NCBI GenBank assembly: GCA_965659625.1
Contig: CBFHWO010000006.1
Location: 24,587 to 88,586, forward strand
DNA from: an uncultured Algoriphagus sp.
GTDB lineage: Bacteria; Bacteroidota; Bacteroidia; Cytophagales; Cyclobacteriaceae
DNA: 64,000 nucleotides
Reading direction: 5' to 3'
Shown here: positions 38,739-48,359 of the stretch, in pieces
Numbering within the stretch: position 1 is the stretch's first letter
Layout of the letters: every line of letters begins with the position of its first letter
Translations under genes and position numbers: made by a program
Notes under the pieces: model-generated
What the model was told of the DNA's origin: nothing
What the model saw: the letters and a program-made list of their open reading frames with translations, nothing else
Databases searched by the model: none

Positions 38739-39545
38739 TTGAAAATTGTCACTTCTATTTTATTCCTTCTGCTTTGTCTTCAACATGCCAAAGCCCAAGA
38801 AAAAGAAGGCTATTGGGGTCTCGCCATAGGTTTAAGATCCCAGATGGTACAAGATCAGTTGATCACCCGTAGCAGATACAATGGAGCTCCCATTTATTTC
38901 ATGCTGAATCACGAACGGCAAAAGCCGAAAAAACTCAGCACTTTTCAATTTGAAGGAAGCATCGGACCACTCAAAACTCAAGAATTTGAAATCGGGCAAA
39001 ACTTGGGTAGATATCAGCAGCCCCAAATCACATCCTATTGGAATGAAATTAGCTATTCTTCCCTCTTTTTACTCCGATCATCGGAAGAACGTGAATGGTG
39101 GCTCGGGCCTTCTCTCTCCAATTTGATCCATGTGCGCTTCTCTCCCCGATGGGATAATAGCGCCATCAATTACGATATAAGTGGAAATCTGCAGGCAGAA
39201 CTCCGATATAGACGGGGTTTTCGGCTTTTCGGAAAAGATATGAAAGCTAATGTAGGACTAAAGGTACCAATTCTGGGCTACATTACCCGCCCGATCTATG
39301 CGGGAGTACCCGACTTTTTAGATCAGGAAAGCAGCTTTGAAAGCCAGCTGTTTGAAAACACGAGTTTGAGCTGGTTGGGAAACTTTCCTAGAATCCAGTT
39401 TGACAATTTTGTGGAATTCCCTATCGCGGGAGGTAATAAAATCCAAGTCATCTACAATTGGGAATATTATTCCTTTCAGAAGCCCAATCCTGTGCAGACT
39501 GCAGCACATACTTTTGGTATTAACTTTCTAATGCGCACAAAATGA
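38739..39545 (+). CDS. Hypothetical secreted protein, possibly an outer-membrane beta-barrel
   Basis: A TTG start leads directly into a signal peptide (KIVTSILFLLLCLQHAKAQ). The sequence has an alternating aromatic/polar pattern. Its stop overlaps the next ATG (ATGA). Confidence 0.6.
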   Translation: MKIVTSILFLLLCLQHAKAQEKEGYWGLAIGLRSQMVQDQLITRSRYNGAPIYFMLNHERQKPKKLSTFQFEGSIGPLKTQEFEIGQNLGRYQQPQITSYWNEISYSSLFLLRSSEEREWWLGPSLSNLIHVRFSPRWDNSAINYDISGNLQAELRYRRGFRLFGKDMKANVGLKVPILGYITRPIYAGVPDFLDQESSFESQLFENTSLSWLGNFPRIQFDNFVEFPIAGGNKIQVIYNWEYYSFQKPNPVQTAAHTFGINFLMRTK

Positions 39546-40552
39546 AAAATATAAATAAGATAGTATGCTTTGCCTTTGCAATCATCTTTTCCTCCTGTGA
39601 GCAAATTTTTCTTGAGGCACAGCCTGAAAACAATAATTCCGAAAACTTTGATATTCTTTGGGAAGTGATGAATGACCGCTATTCACTTTTTGAATATAAA
39701 AAGATAGACTGGGACAGCATACGAAATGTATATAGACCTTTAGCAATTCAGGCAAAGAATGACACCGAGCTTTTTGACGTCCTTGCAGCTATGCTTAATA
39801 CACTTAAAGATGGCCATGTAAATCTCCGAACCCCATTTGACATCAGTCGCTACTTTCCTTATCTAGGCGAACCAGCAAATTATAGTTTCGACGTACTAGA
39901 GCAAAATTACCTCGGAGATTACCGCTTCACCGGCTTCTTGCTAAATCAGGAAATTGATGGAGTTGGTTATATTCATTACAGGAGTTTTGCTACTCCTATT
40001 TTGGATTCCGAATTGGATTTTGTAATTGAACGGTTTAAGGGATTGCCAGGAGTAATTATTGATATCCGGAACAATGGAGGTGGAAATCCCGCGAATGGCC
40101 TCAAAATTATCTCCCGGATTATTTCTGAGCGGACCAAGTTATATTCCTACCGATTGAAGGATGGACCTGGACCAAATGATTTTACAGAGGAGAAAGAGGT
40201 TTTTCTGGATCCTGATACTGAAAACTCAGAATTTGAAGGACGGATAGTGGTGCTGACCAATAGGGTGGTGTACAGTGCCGGTAGTTATTTTGCCGCATAC
40301 ACCAAAGCCTTACCAAATGTAATACTTATGGGTGATGATACAGGCGGCGGCGGCGGAGTACCTGCAGGATATGACCTTCCCAATGGCTGGTATTTCAATT
40401 ACAGCTCCACAATTGGATATACTGTAGGTGGGTTAAATTTTGAGTCAGGAGTACCGGTGGATATTCCCATTTCCATGAGCCAGGAAGATATAGCTACTGG
40501 ACGAGATCCCATTTTGGAGCGAGCCATAGAGTATGTGAAGACGGGGAATTAA
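39542..40552 (+). CDS. S41-family (tail-specific / C-terminal processing-like) peptidase lipoprotein
   Basis: It has a lipobox (IFSSC) and the motifs IIDIRNNGGGN and VVLTNRVVYSAGSYFA, which are typical of the S41 catalytic domain. Confidence 0.8.
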   Translation: MKNINKIVCFAFAIIFSSCEQIFLEAQPENNNSENFDILWEVMNDRYSLFEYKKIDWDSIRNVYRPLAIQAKNDTELFDVLAAMLNTLKDGHVNLRTPFDISRYFPYLGEPANYSFDVLEQNYLGDYRFTGFLLNQEIDGVGYIHYRSFATPILDSELDFVIERFKGLPGVIIDIRNNGGGNPANGLKIISRIISERTKLYSYRLKDGPGPNDFTEEKEVFLDPDTENSEFEGRIVVLTNRVVYSAGSYFAAYTKALPNVILMGDDTGGGGGVPAGYDLPNGWYFNYSSTIGYTVGGLNFESGVPVDIPISMSQEDIATGRDPILERAIEYVKTGN

Positions 40553-40717
40553 TTAGATAAGCAAGTATTTAAGTTTCGTCACTATATGATGATTTTATGA
40601 CACTTGGAGTTATAATCGATTATTCAAAATCCTGGTTTCATAAATTTGAATAGAATTTAAAATAAAAGTTCATTGATTTCCCTACATATTTCGACACGTA
40701 TTTTGTTGCTTGAATCT

Positions 40718-41515
40718 CTATTCGAGTATTGTCAATTTTTGAAGCTCAGATATTCCTCCACGAAGAATATTTAAATCCACATTTTCGCTGATTCCATTCA
40801 TTCTACCTTTCTCAGAAAATTGCCAAATCAGCCATTCATCGCTCTTTGGTTCTTTAACGGGATTATAGTTTGCCACCCAAAGAGGATATTCCTCGAATCC
40901 ATTACCAACTAAAACATCTCTGTTGAAATTGTCTCCAGTGTAAATGATTGGCTTTACCCCGTAATGTGCTTCTACTAATTCCAACCAGTTTTGGATACCA
41001 GTCCTGAGACGCTCTTTCGATTGAATGGTGGAATGTCTCTCAATATCTAAAATTGGCCTTAAGTCTCCAGGTTTTAGGATTACATTTTTAATAAAATTCT
41101 CTGCCTGTTTTGTACTGTTTTCGTTAGGCCTATAATAATGATAAGCTCCTTTGACAACGTTCAATGTATCTAGTGCCTCCCAATATTCATTGAAAAGATT
41201 GTCTTGATCATAACCCATGGTAGCTCTGAAAATGAAGAAGGTTACAGGCTTATCTTTGATTTGAAGTTCTAGCCTATCCCAATTGATCTTACCTTGATAA
41301 TGTGATATGTCAATTCCTAAAATAGCCTCTGGTTGGGTTCTAAATACATATTCAAATTTTAAAGCTTCGTGCTCTGAAATAGGTTTGTTGGCATAATAAG
41401 GAATATTATGCAGTTGATTCCAGGTAGTATAGATTAGAAATCCAGCTCCCGTCGTTAGTAATATCAAAAGAAGGATCAACCCTAATGGAGTTGATCTGGA
41501 CTTTTTTCGGGGCAT
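40718..41515 (-). CDS. GH25-family muramidase (lysozyme), membrane-anchored
   Basis: An N-terminal TM anchor precedes the motif GIDISHYQG.INWD and later WQFSE, which are GH25 signatures. Confidence 0.85.
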   Translation of the reverse strand: MPRKKSRSTPLGLILLLILLTTGAGFLIYTTWNQLHNIPYYANKPISEHEALKFEYVFRTQPEAILGIDISHYQGKINWDRLELQIKDKPVTFFIFRATMGYDQDNLFNEYWEALDTLNVVKGAYHYYRPNENSTKQAENFIKNVILKPGDLRPILDIERHSTIQSKERLRTGIQNWLELVEAHYGVKPIIYTGDNFNRDVLVGNGFEEYPLWVANYNPVKEPKSDEWLIWQFSEKGRMNGISENVDLNILRGGISELQKLTILE

Positions 41516-41536
41516 ATTCTTGCGATTTGAAAGCTT

Positions 41537-42823
41537 TTATCTAGTCAGGCGATAGAGAAATAAGGTGCTTCTTTTAATCAATTCAGGATACTCTTTCATG
41601 TTGATCGTCTCACCCGGTGCATGGGCTCCTCTTCCAGATGCCCCTAAACCATCCAAACAATCAACATAGTCAGCCACAAAGGAAATATCTCCTGCTCCTC
41701 TACTTCCTGGATCTCCTGGCTTGACCTCACCTAAACCCATGTCCAGACTTAATTCGTTTAGGATACCTGCTAAAGCCATGTTTCCTTCGGTAGGGATCAT
41801 AGATGGTAATCCATCTTCAAAGGTAATTTCCGCATCGGTTTGATTCAGATTTCTATCAACAATAGTCTGCATTTTCACTCTTGCGGCTTCTTTTTGGTCT
41901 TCGCCTAGGAATCTCAAGTCCCCGGTGACAAGAGCTTCCCTTGCTACAATATTTGTTTTACCCAAAGCTTCACCTTTACCGGTTTCAGAATTATAACTAA
42001 TATCTGAACCTCCGATAATCTGCCCAGGATTAAAGGTTAAATATTGTTCACCAGCCAATTCATTTTGAAATTCTGTGAGAATTCTTGCAGCCTCATAAAT
42101 TGCTCCATAGCCTACTGATTCGCGAAAAACCCCACTGGAATGAGATTGTCTCCCTGAAGTTTTCAAGGTCCATCCGCTACTTCCTCTTCTGGCTACTGTG
42201 GCTATGCCAAAGCTTTGGGAGGTTTCATACCCCAAGGCAATATCATGTTCTTTAGCTCTTGCTATAAAGTCCCTTCTGGAAAGCTCTTCGTCTCCGGAAC
42301 TCTCTTCATCTCCAGTAAAATAAACAGTGACTGTTCTGTCTTCTAACAAACCTAGATCATGAAGTGCTTTGAGACTGGCAAATGCCATCACATCTCCGCC
42401 TTTCATGTCATTGACTCCCTGCCCTGTTGCTGTCGAATCATTCAAGTAAGTAAATGGAGTAAATGGCATATCCTTTTCAAAAACTGTGTCCAAATGCCCG
42501 ATGATAAAGATTTTCTTTCCTTTGGTTCCTTTTCGAGTCGCAATGAAATGGCCTGATCTTTTGACTTCCGCAGGAAGTTTGAACCATTCTGTCTCGAATC
42601 CGATTTTTTGAAATTCTCTCTCAAAAACCTTTGCAACTGCTTCAACTCCTTCTGCATTTAGCGAACCGGAATTGATATTGGTTACCTCCTCTAAAAGTGC
42701 AACCGTTTCCTGATAGTTTTTTTCGACTTCAGCGATTAATTTTTCCTCGGTTTCTGTCAGTTTCTGAGCAAAACCAAGGCAATAAAAACCCATCAGGGCA
42801 AAAGAAAGGATCAGTTTTTTCAT
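41537..42823 (-). CDS. Secreted M20-family metallopeptidase (carboxypeptidase G2 / glutamate carboxypeptidase-like)
   Basis: It has a signal peptide and the motifs IGHLDTV, GVNDMKGG and FTGDEESSG. Confidence 0.85.
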   Translation of the reverse strand: MKKLILSFALMGFYCLGFAQKLTETEEKLIAEVEKNYQETVALLEEVTNINSGSLNAEGVEAVAKVFEREFQKIGFETEWFKLPAEVKRSGHFIATRKGTKGKKIFIIGHLDTVFEKDMPFTPFTYLNDSTATGQGVNDMKGGDVMAFASLKALHDLGLLEDRTVTVYFTGDEESSGDEELSRRDFIARAKEHDIALGYETSQSFGIATVARRGSSGWTLKTSGRQSHSSGVFRESVGYGAIYEAARILTEFQNELAGEQYLTFNPGQIIGGSDISYNSETGKGEALGKTNIVAREALVTGDLRFLGEDQKEAARVKMQTIVDRNLNQTDAEITFEDGLPSMIPTEGNMALAGILNELSLDMGLGEVKPGDPGSRGAGDISFVADYVDCLDGLGASGRGAHAPGETINMKEYPELIKRSTLFLYRLTR

Positions 42824-42898
42824 AGGTGAAAATTAAGTCAATTGTCTGACATATGACTTCCAATCTTAATAAATCAAATCAAATTAAAAGCTTGATCA

Positions 42899-43354
42899 TT
42901 ACAAAAACTTTCGAATCGCCATCATATAACCCATGTGAAGCCCTTCGTGGTAATTATTGAATTCTAGCGCATCTTCTAAATTACCTAAGTGAAATCCAGT
43001 GGCAGTCTGTCTTTCTTTATATTCTTTGAAAACTCCATTTTCAAGGTCTTTTTCTGTCTGATTTACCAAATCCAGCGTCAACTTTTTTAGCGTATTCATT
43101 TCTTCTTGTGAGGTCAATCCATCCGGTTTAGTCCCGGGTTTATAGGTTGCATATAGCTCGTCAGAAATATGACCTTTCAATCCTGATGATTTATAGACAA
43201 GTCCTTGTTGGGCCACGATGACATGGCCTATATTCCAGATTAAGTTATTGTTGAAACCAGCCGGGATGGTATTGAGTTGCTCTAGTGAATATTGATCAAA
43301 AATATTCAATAAGAGATTCCTTCCGGTTTTCCAGGTTTTTAAGGTCGATTTCAT
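42899..43354 (-). CDS. DinB-family (DinB_2) protein
   Basis: The His-bearing helices (NIGHVIVAQQ and HEGLHMGYMMAIRKFL) fit the DinB four-helix bundle. I chose the start at M45 (ATG 43354), which leaves a normal divergent promoter gap. Confidence 0.7.
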   Translation of the reverse strand: MKSTLKTWKTGRNLLLNIFDQYSLEQLNTIPAGFNNNLIWNIGHVIVAQQGLVYKSSGLKGHISDELYATYKPGTKPDGLTSQEEMNTLKKLTLDLVNQTEKDLENGVFKEYKERQTATGFHLGNLEDALEFNNYHEGLHMGYMMAIRKFL

Positions 43355-43500
43355 AGAGGTTTGATTTATAGTTGTTAAAGTTAGTAGCATTTTTTTTTTA
43401 GAAACCTCTTTTGAAACATTCGGGATACCATTTGTTGCGATTTCATACCCTTGCTTTTTTGTAGAAATGGCTAACTTAAGGCCCAATTAAATTTAAACCT

Positions 43501-45207
43501 ATGGCCAATTTTAATATTGACGCAAAACAAGAAATGACCTACGATGCGATTGTGATCGGATCGGGAATCAGTGGGGGCTGGGCTGCGAAAGAGCTTTGTG
43601 AAAAAGGATTAAAAACACTCGTTCTGGAAAGAGGAAGAATCGTGGAACATGTCACAGATTATCCAACGATGAGTCTGGATCCTTGGGATACGGAACTGCG
43701 AGGAAGTTTAACTCCTGAACAAAAAGCAAAGCACCCAAAAGGCATCCGGTCAGGCTTCATTGGATCTAACAACGAGCATTTTCATGCAAACGACGTAGAA
43801 AATCCATATACAGAAGTAAAGCCATTTCTTTGGGTTAGGGCACATCAAATGGGTGGTAGGTCTTTGCTTTGGGGGAAGCAATGTTACCGTTGGTCTGATT
43901 TGGATTTTGAAGCTAATTTAAAAGATGGGCATGGAGTAGATTGGCCAATCAGATATAAAGATCTTGCACCATGGTATACTTATGTAGAAAAATTCGCAGG
44001 AATTTCTGGTGAAGCTTTAGGGCTGCCACAACTACCGGATAGCCACTTTCTACCACCAATGGAGTTGAATTGTGTGGAAAAACATGTGAAGGAGCGTATC
44101 GAAAAAGAATACAATGGGCGAAATATGATCATCGGCCGTGTGGCACATTTGACTGAGCCGCTTAATGGCAGAGGCAAATGCCAGTTCAGAAACCGATGCG
44201 ATAGAGGCTGTCCTTACGGAGCGTATTTCAGCAGTAACGCTGTGACTTTGCCCGCGGCAAATGCCACAGGAAATTTGACGATCCGTCCATTTTCCATAGC
44301 TCAGTCTATTATTTATGATGAGGCAAGTGGTAAAGCTACAGGCGTAAGAATCATTGATTCTGAAACGAGTGAAGTGATGGAATACAATGCGAAGATCATT
44401 TTCTGTAATGCTTCGACTTTGAGTTCTACCCAGATTTTGATGAATTCCACATCGGATAGATTTCCAAATGGTTTGGGCAATGACAGCGGTGAGCTTGGAC
44501 ATAACCTGATGGATCATACTTATAGAGTAGGAGCGATGGGCAAAGTGGATGGTTTTGAAGATCAATATTACAAAGGAAGAAGACCTAATGGCATCTACAT
44601 TCCGCGCTATTATAACTTGGATGAACAGACCAAATCTGACAAATTTGTTCGTGGGTTTGGATTTCAGGGTAGTGGAGGAAGATCTGGCTGGGGCGCAGGC
44701 TCCAATCAAGAGAATTTTGGAGGAGAATTCAAAGACGGATTAATGAAGCCCGGACCTTGGGAATTTTTCATTACTGGTTTTGCAGAATGCCTTCCAAGTC
44801 ATGAGAATAAAGTGTATCTCAATAAAGATGTATTGGACAAATGGGGTCAGCCGACCCTATCGATAGATGCAGAATGGGGAGAAAATGAGCTGGCAATGAA
44901 CAGGCAGATTAAAATAGATGCCAAAGAAATGTTGGAAAGAGCTGGACTTCAGGATATCACAGACTTTGATAATGAACATGAAATGGGATATGGGATCCAT
45001 GAAATGGGGACAGCAAGAATGGGACGTGATCCGAAAACTTCTGTTTTGAATGGAAACAATCAAGTACATGGTGCCAAAAACGTCTTTGTAACCGATGGCG
45101 CTTGTATGACTTCCTCCTCTTGTGTCAATCCATCCTTGACTTATATGGCTTTGACGGCCAGAGCCGCAGATTTTGCAGTATCCGAACTCAAGAAAAATAA
45201 CCTTTAA
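43501..45207 (+). CDS. GMC-family FAD-dependent oxidoreductase (no signal peptide)
   Basis: It has the FAD-binding N-terminus YDAIVIGSGISGGWAAKEL and the GMC C-terminal motif (HEMGTARMG, NVFVTDGA). Confidence 0.88.
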   Translation: MANFNIDAKQEMTYDAIVIGSGISGGWAAKELCEKGLKTLVLERGRIVEHVTDYPTMSLDPWDTELRGSLTPEQKAKHPKGIRSGFIGSNNEHFHANDVENPYTEVKPFLWVRAHQMGGRSLLWGKQCYRWSDLDFEANLKDGHGVDWPIRYKDLAPWYTYVEKFAGISGEALGLPQLPDSHFLPPMELNCVEKHVKERIEKEYNGRNMIIGRVAHLTEPLNGRGKCQFRNRCDRGCPYGAYFSSNAVTLPAANATGNLTIRPFSIAQSIIYDEASGKATGVRIIDSETSEVMEYNAKIIFCNASTLSSTQILMNSTSDRFPNGLGNDSGELGHNLMDHTYRVGAMGKVDGFEDQYYKGRRPNGIYIPRYYNLDEQTKSDKFVRGFGFQGSGGRSGWGAGSNQENFGGEFKDGLMKPGPWEFFITGFAECLPSHENKVYLNKDVLDKWGQPTLSIDAEWGENELAMNRQIKIDAKEMLERAGLQDITDFDNEHEMGYGIHEMGTARMGRDPKTSVLNGNNQVHGAKNVFVTDGACMTSSSCVNPSLTYMALTARAADFAVSELKKNNL

Positions 45208-45211
45208 TCCG

Positions 45212-45805
45212 ATGAATAGAAGAAACGCCTTACGTAGAACAGCATTGCTGGCAGGTTCAGCAGTCGCAGCACCGACTTTGCTTTCCTTACTGCAATCATG
45301 CAAGGAGCAAAAGCGGGTGGATTGGATTCCTCAGTTTTTAGATCAGGATCAGGCAGTATTTCTTGCTTCTTTTGTAGACACAATTTTACCTCGAACAGAG
45401 ACTCCAGGAGCATTGGATGTGAAAGTAGATATATTCATGGACTTGATGTATGCGAAAGCTTATGATGAAAATGCTCAGAAGTATGTTTCAGCAGAGATTG
45501 ATAAGTTCAATGCTGCTTGCAAAGAGGAGTACGGAGAAGTTTTTGCTGATTTGAGTGCCGAGGATAAAACCGCTGTTTTGAAAAAAGCAGAAGCTGAAAC
45601 GGCCAAATTCAATCCCGGAGTTTGGGGAACTGCTGTAGGAGATCAGAAACCAGTAGCTTTTTACCGTCAATTGAAATCCATGGCACTTTGGGCTTATTTC
45701 TCTTCTGAGGAAGTAGGGAAAAATATATTGAGTTACGATCCTATTCCAGGAGAATACCTCGGCTGTATTCCGCTTTCGGATGTAGGAAATACCTGGAGTT
45801 TGTAA
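45212..45805 (+). CDS. Gluconate 2-dehydrogenase subunit 3-like small protein with a TAT signal
   Basis: It has a twin-arginine signal (MNRRNALRRTALLAGSAVAAP) and starts 5 nt after the GMC stop. I rejected the longer ORF-track start at 45173. Confidence 0.78.
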   Translation: MNRRNALRRTALLAGSAVAAPTLLSLLQSCKEQKRVDWIPQFLDQDQAVFLASFVDTILPRTETPGALDVKVDIFMDLMYAKAYDENAQKYVSAEIDKFNAACKEEYGEVFADLSAEDKTAVLKKAEAETAKFNPGVWGTAVGDQKPVAFYRQLKSMALWAYFSSEEVGKNILSYDPIPGEYLGCIPLSDVGNTWSL

Positions 45806-45826
45806 TTGGATTCCACTTTTAAAAGG

Positions 45827-45855
45827 AAAGGATCAGAGCTAATTTCTGATCCTTT
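45827..45855. terminator. Bidirectional terminator hairpin between convergent genes
   Basis: An 11-bp stem pairs AAAGGATCAGA with TCTGATCCTTT. T-rich flanks lie on both strands. Confidence 0.7.
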
Positions 45856-45860
45856 TCTTT

Positions 45861-46751
45861 TTATAAAATTTCGAGTGAATTGCCGGATGCGAAATGAGTA
45901 ACTGGCATTCCAGGAACATTTTCTTCGATCCAGTTTTTCATAAATTCAGATCCACCTTCCTCAGATGCTGAATGGCCGATAACAATCAGTCCCAGTTTTT
46001 CGCCCATCTCATTTGCATTTCTGACATATTCAGGAGTTTCCCATTCTGGACTTTCCCCACAGATCAAGACATCGGGTTTTTCGTCCATCATAATTTCAAT
46101 TTGCCGTCTACCCCCAATTGCGCCAGGGAGTAAGAGTATTTTAGAAACTTTTTGGGATAAATCGCCTACGTATCTTATTGCTGGAACCTCCATTTTTTCT
46201 TTGATATGGTCGATAAGTCCTCCAAGCGTAGTTTCAGGGAGATTTAAAACAGCATTTTGATTGTAATAGTCTTCCCAACCCAATTCTTTAACCACTCCTT
46301 TTTGTACCCCATCGACCCGAAGGCTGTGGACATAATCGTGATTTCTCCAAACTGCAATTCCATGATCATTCAATAGTTTGGCTTTGTGTTGATACACAGG
46401 GTCATTTGTTAACCATTCTGTTTCATCTAAGTGATTGTAAAAAGTAGGTTCATGTACAATGATAAAATTGGCTTTCAGTTCAATGGCTTCTCGAATTACT
46501 GTCAATGTTGCGAACATGGTGGTGACTATTCCTGTGACTATCTGGTCTTTGTCTCCAGACTTAAGCGTGTCGACCGTCGGCGAAAAAGGGCTATTTGGCA
46601 CTTGGGAAATAAAAAGATCCATGATTTCGCCAACTGTCCAATCTTTTTCAGTGTAAGCAAATAAATCTAAGGGATTGAAGATTGTGCTTGCTCCAAGCAC
46701 CAGGGAAGAACCCTTTAGAAATTCTCTTCTGGAAGTTTTGATAATGGACAT
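45861..46751 (-). CDS. NIF3-like (DUF34) dinuclear-metal-centre family protein with a TAT signal
   Basis: It has the twin-arginine signal TSRREFLKGSSLVLGAS and NIF3-like motifs (IIVHEPTFY, IGHSASEE). Confidence 0.7.
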   Translation of the reverse strand: MSIIKTSRREFLKGSSLVLGASTIFNPLDLFAYTEKDWTVGEIMDLFISQVPNSPFSPTVDTLKSGDKDQIVTGIVTTMFATLTVIREAIELKANFIIVHEPTFYNHLDETEWLTNDPVYQHKAKLLNDHGIAVWRNHDYVHSLRVDGVQKGVVKELGWEDYYNQNAVLNLPETTLGGLIDHIKEKMEVPAIRYVGDLSQKVSKILLLPGAIGGRRQIEIMMDEKPDVLICGESPEWETPEYVRNANEMGEKLGLIVIGHSASEEGGSEFMKNWIEENVPGMPVTHFASGNSLEIL

Positions 46752-46799
46752 TATTTTGGGATTTGAAGAATATACAATTTAAGGAATTGCACAAAAAAA

Positions 46800-46829
46800 C
46801 CGCTTGGATGGAACCCAAGCGGTTTTTTT
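46800..46829 (-). terminator. Rho-independent terminator downstream of the 46842-47489 gene
   Basis: An 8-bp GC-rich stem pairs CCGCTTGG with CCAAGCGG. A run of 7 A lies before it and 7 T after it, so a T-run follows the stem on the minus strand. Confidence 0.8.
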
Positions 46830-46841
46830 ATTTAAATCGGA

Positions 46842-47489
46842 TTAATTGACTGAAATATTGGTAAACCAAATAGTGGTTTGACCTTCGGAATTAGCATGTG
46901 TTGTAGCCAATTTGATCGGTCCAAACTGCTCCACATTTTCCCATGTTGTAGGTCTTCCATCAGGGGCATTTCCTCTTCTAAAGACCCATTCTGTGATCAT
47001 ATTGTTTTCATCAAGATATAAATCATACGCATCTCCTGGCGTATAACCATCCGCGCCATTATAGAGAATAGTTAATTTGGTGGTACTTTCACCTGAAATA
47101 GGAGCTGGGACATTTTCTTCAGTTTCATAGGTGTATCCTGAATCCCATGCCAACTGGAATGGATACATCATCCAATATTTATCATTTATAAATCCTTTAT
47201 CTGCAGGAGGCAAAGAATCAGCCGGCATATCTAAACTATAGGTGTAGCTAGTGTCAGGAGTTGCATAATAGACAGTTCGGTCTTTTACGTTCCATTTCCA
47301 ATCTCTCGAGACTACTCGGGAAGAGTCTACACGAACGTTCCAGGTATAGGCTATGGAATTAACTTCATCGAATTTGTCAAAACCATATGCCATGGCTACT
47401 TTCATCGGCAAAGTGTCTGGCGTTGTTTCTTTAGGCTGACAAGAGCTCAAAGCCCAAACTAATAATAGTACAAAGCTAAAATTTTTCAT
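46842..47489 (-). CDS. Hypothetical lipoprotein (215 aa)
   Basis: It has a lipobox (WALSSCQ) and a clean ORF with its own terminator. I recognise no motif in it. Confidence 0.6.
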   Translation of the reverse strand: MKNFSFVLLLVWALSSCQPKETTPDTLPMKVAMAYGFDKFDEVNSIAYTWNVRVDSSRVVSRDWKWNVKDRTVYYATPDTSYTYSLDMPADSLPPADKGFINDKYWMMYPFQLAWDSGYTYETEENVPAPISGESTTKLTILYNGADGYTPGDAYDLYLDENNMITEWVFRRGNAPDGRPTTWENVEQFGPIKLATTHANSEGQTTIWFTNISVN

Positions 47490-47588
47490 AGTATAGTGAT
47501 TTTCAGTAAAGTTAACTGCCTCTTGATTCCTATTGTTTACACTTCTAAATTAACTGTAAAAAGTGAATAAAACAGGTGATGTTAATTT

Positions 47589-48350
47589 TTAGTCATAAGG
47601 CGATGGACTGATGCTTGTCCATCCACCATCTACTACTAAAGTTTGGCCTGTTATGTGTCTTGCCGCATCAGATACTAAAAAGGCTGCAACAGAAGCAATA
47701 TCCTCTGGAAAAGCTGGCTTGCCTAAAGGTGTTAATTCTGACCAAGTTTTTTCATAAGTAGGATCCAAAGCTGTTCTAGAAGTTATGGTAGCGCCAGGAG
47801 CAATGGTATTGACTCTGATACCATATGGGGCTAGTTCTAAAACTAAGTTTTTTGCCAACATTTCAATTGCAGCTTTGCTCATAGCATAGGCGGCAAGGTT
47901 TTCATGGCTTTGGTGGGCAGTTACCGAGGAAGTGAGAAGAATTGACCCACCATTAGGTTGGGATTTCATTATCAAAGCCGCGGCTTGTGTAAGGAAGAAT
48001 GTGCCTTCCTGATTCACTTTTGTTACCGACTTAAAATCATCTCTTGAGTAGTTCAGAAAGCTGCCAAATAAAGTGATGCCTGCATTTGCTACCACAATAT
48101 CAACTGATCCAAAATTGGTTATGGCAGTTTCTATCATGTTATTGATTATTTCCTGATCACTAGAATCACCAGGAACAGCAATTGCAGGCATCCCAAAATG
48201 ATGGGTTATTTTTTTACAGGCATCATTTATTAGCCCTTCTTCTAAGTCATTTAAAACAAGATTTACACTTTGAGCAGCCAGTTTTTCGGCGATGGCTAAT
48301 CCAATTCCCTGGCCTGCTCCTGTGATAATGGCGGTTTTTCTGGTGCTCAT
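47589..48350 (-). CDS. SDR-family oxidoreductase
   Basis: It has the motifs ITGAGQGIG, ANAG and the catalytic YAMSKAA. It lies 9 nt downstream of the dehydratase gene. Confidence 0.88.
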   Translation of the reverse strand: MSTRKTAIITGAGQGIGLAIAEKLAAQSVNLVLNDLEEGLINDACKKITHHFGMPAIAVPGDSSDQEIINNMIETAITNFGSVDIVVANAGITLFGSFLNYSRDDFKSVTKVNQEGTFFLTQAAALIMKSQPNGGSILLTSSVTAHQSHENLAAYAMSKAAIEMLAKNLVLELAPYGIRVNTIAPGATITSRTALDPTYEKTWSELTPLGKPAFPEDIASVAAFLVSDAARHITGQTLVVDGGWTSISPSPYD

Positions 48351-48359
48351 ACTCGTGAT

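Noticed and set aside
44050-44709. A 219-aa minus-strand ORF inside the GMC oxidoreductase gene, together with the 148-aa ORF at 44857-45303.
   Set aside because: Both are antisense shadow ORFs within a well-supported gene. Their composition is low-complexity and odd, and I see no motifs, start context or signals.
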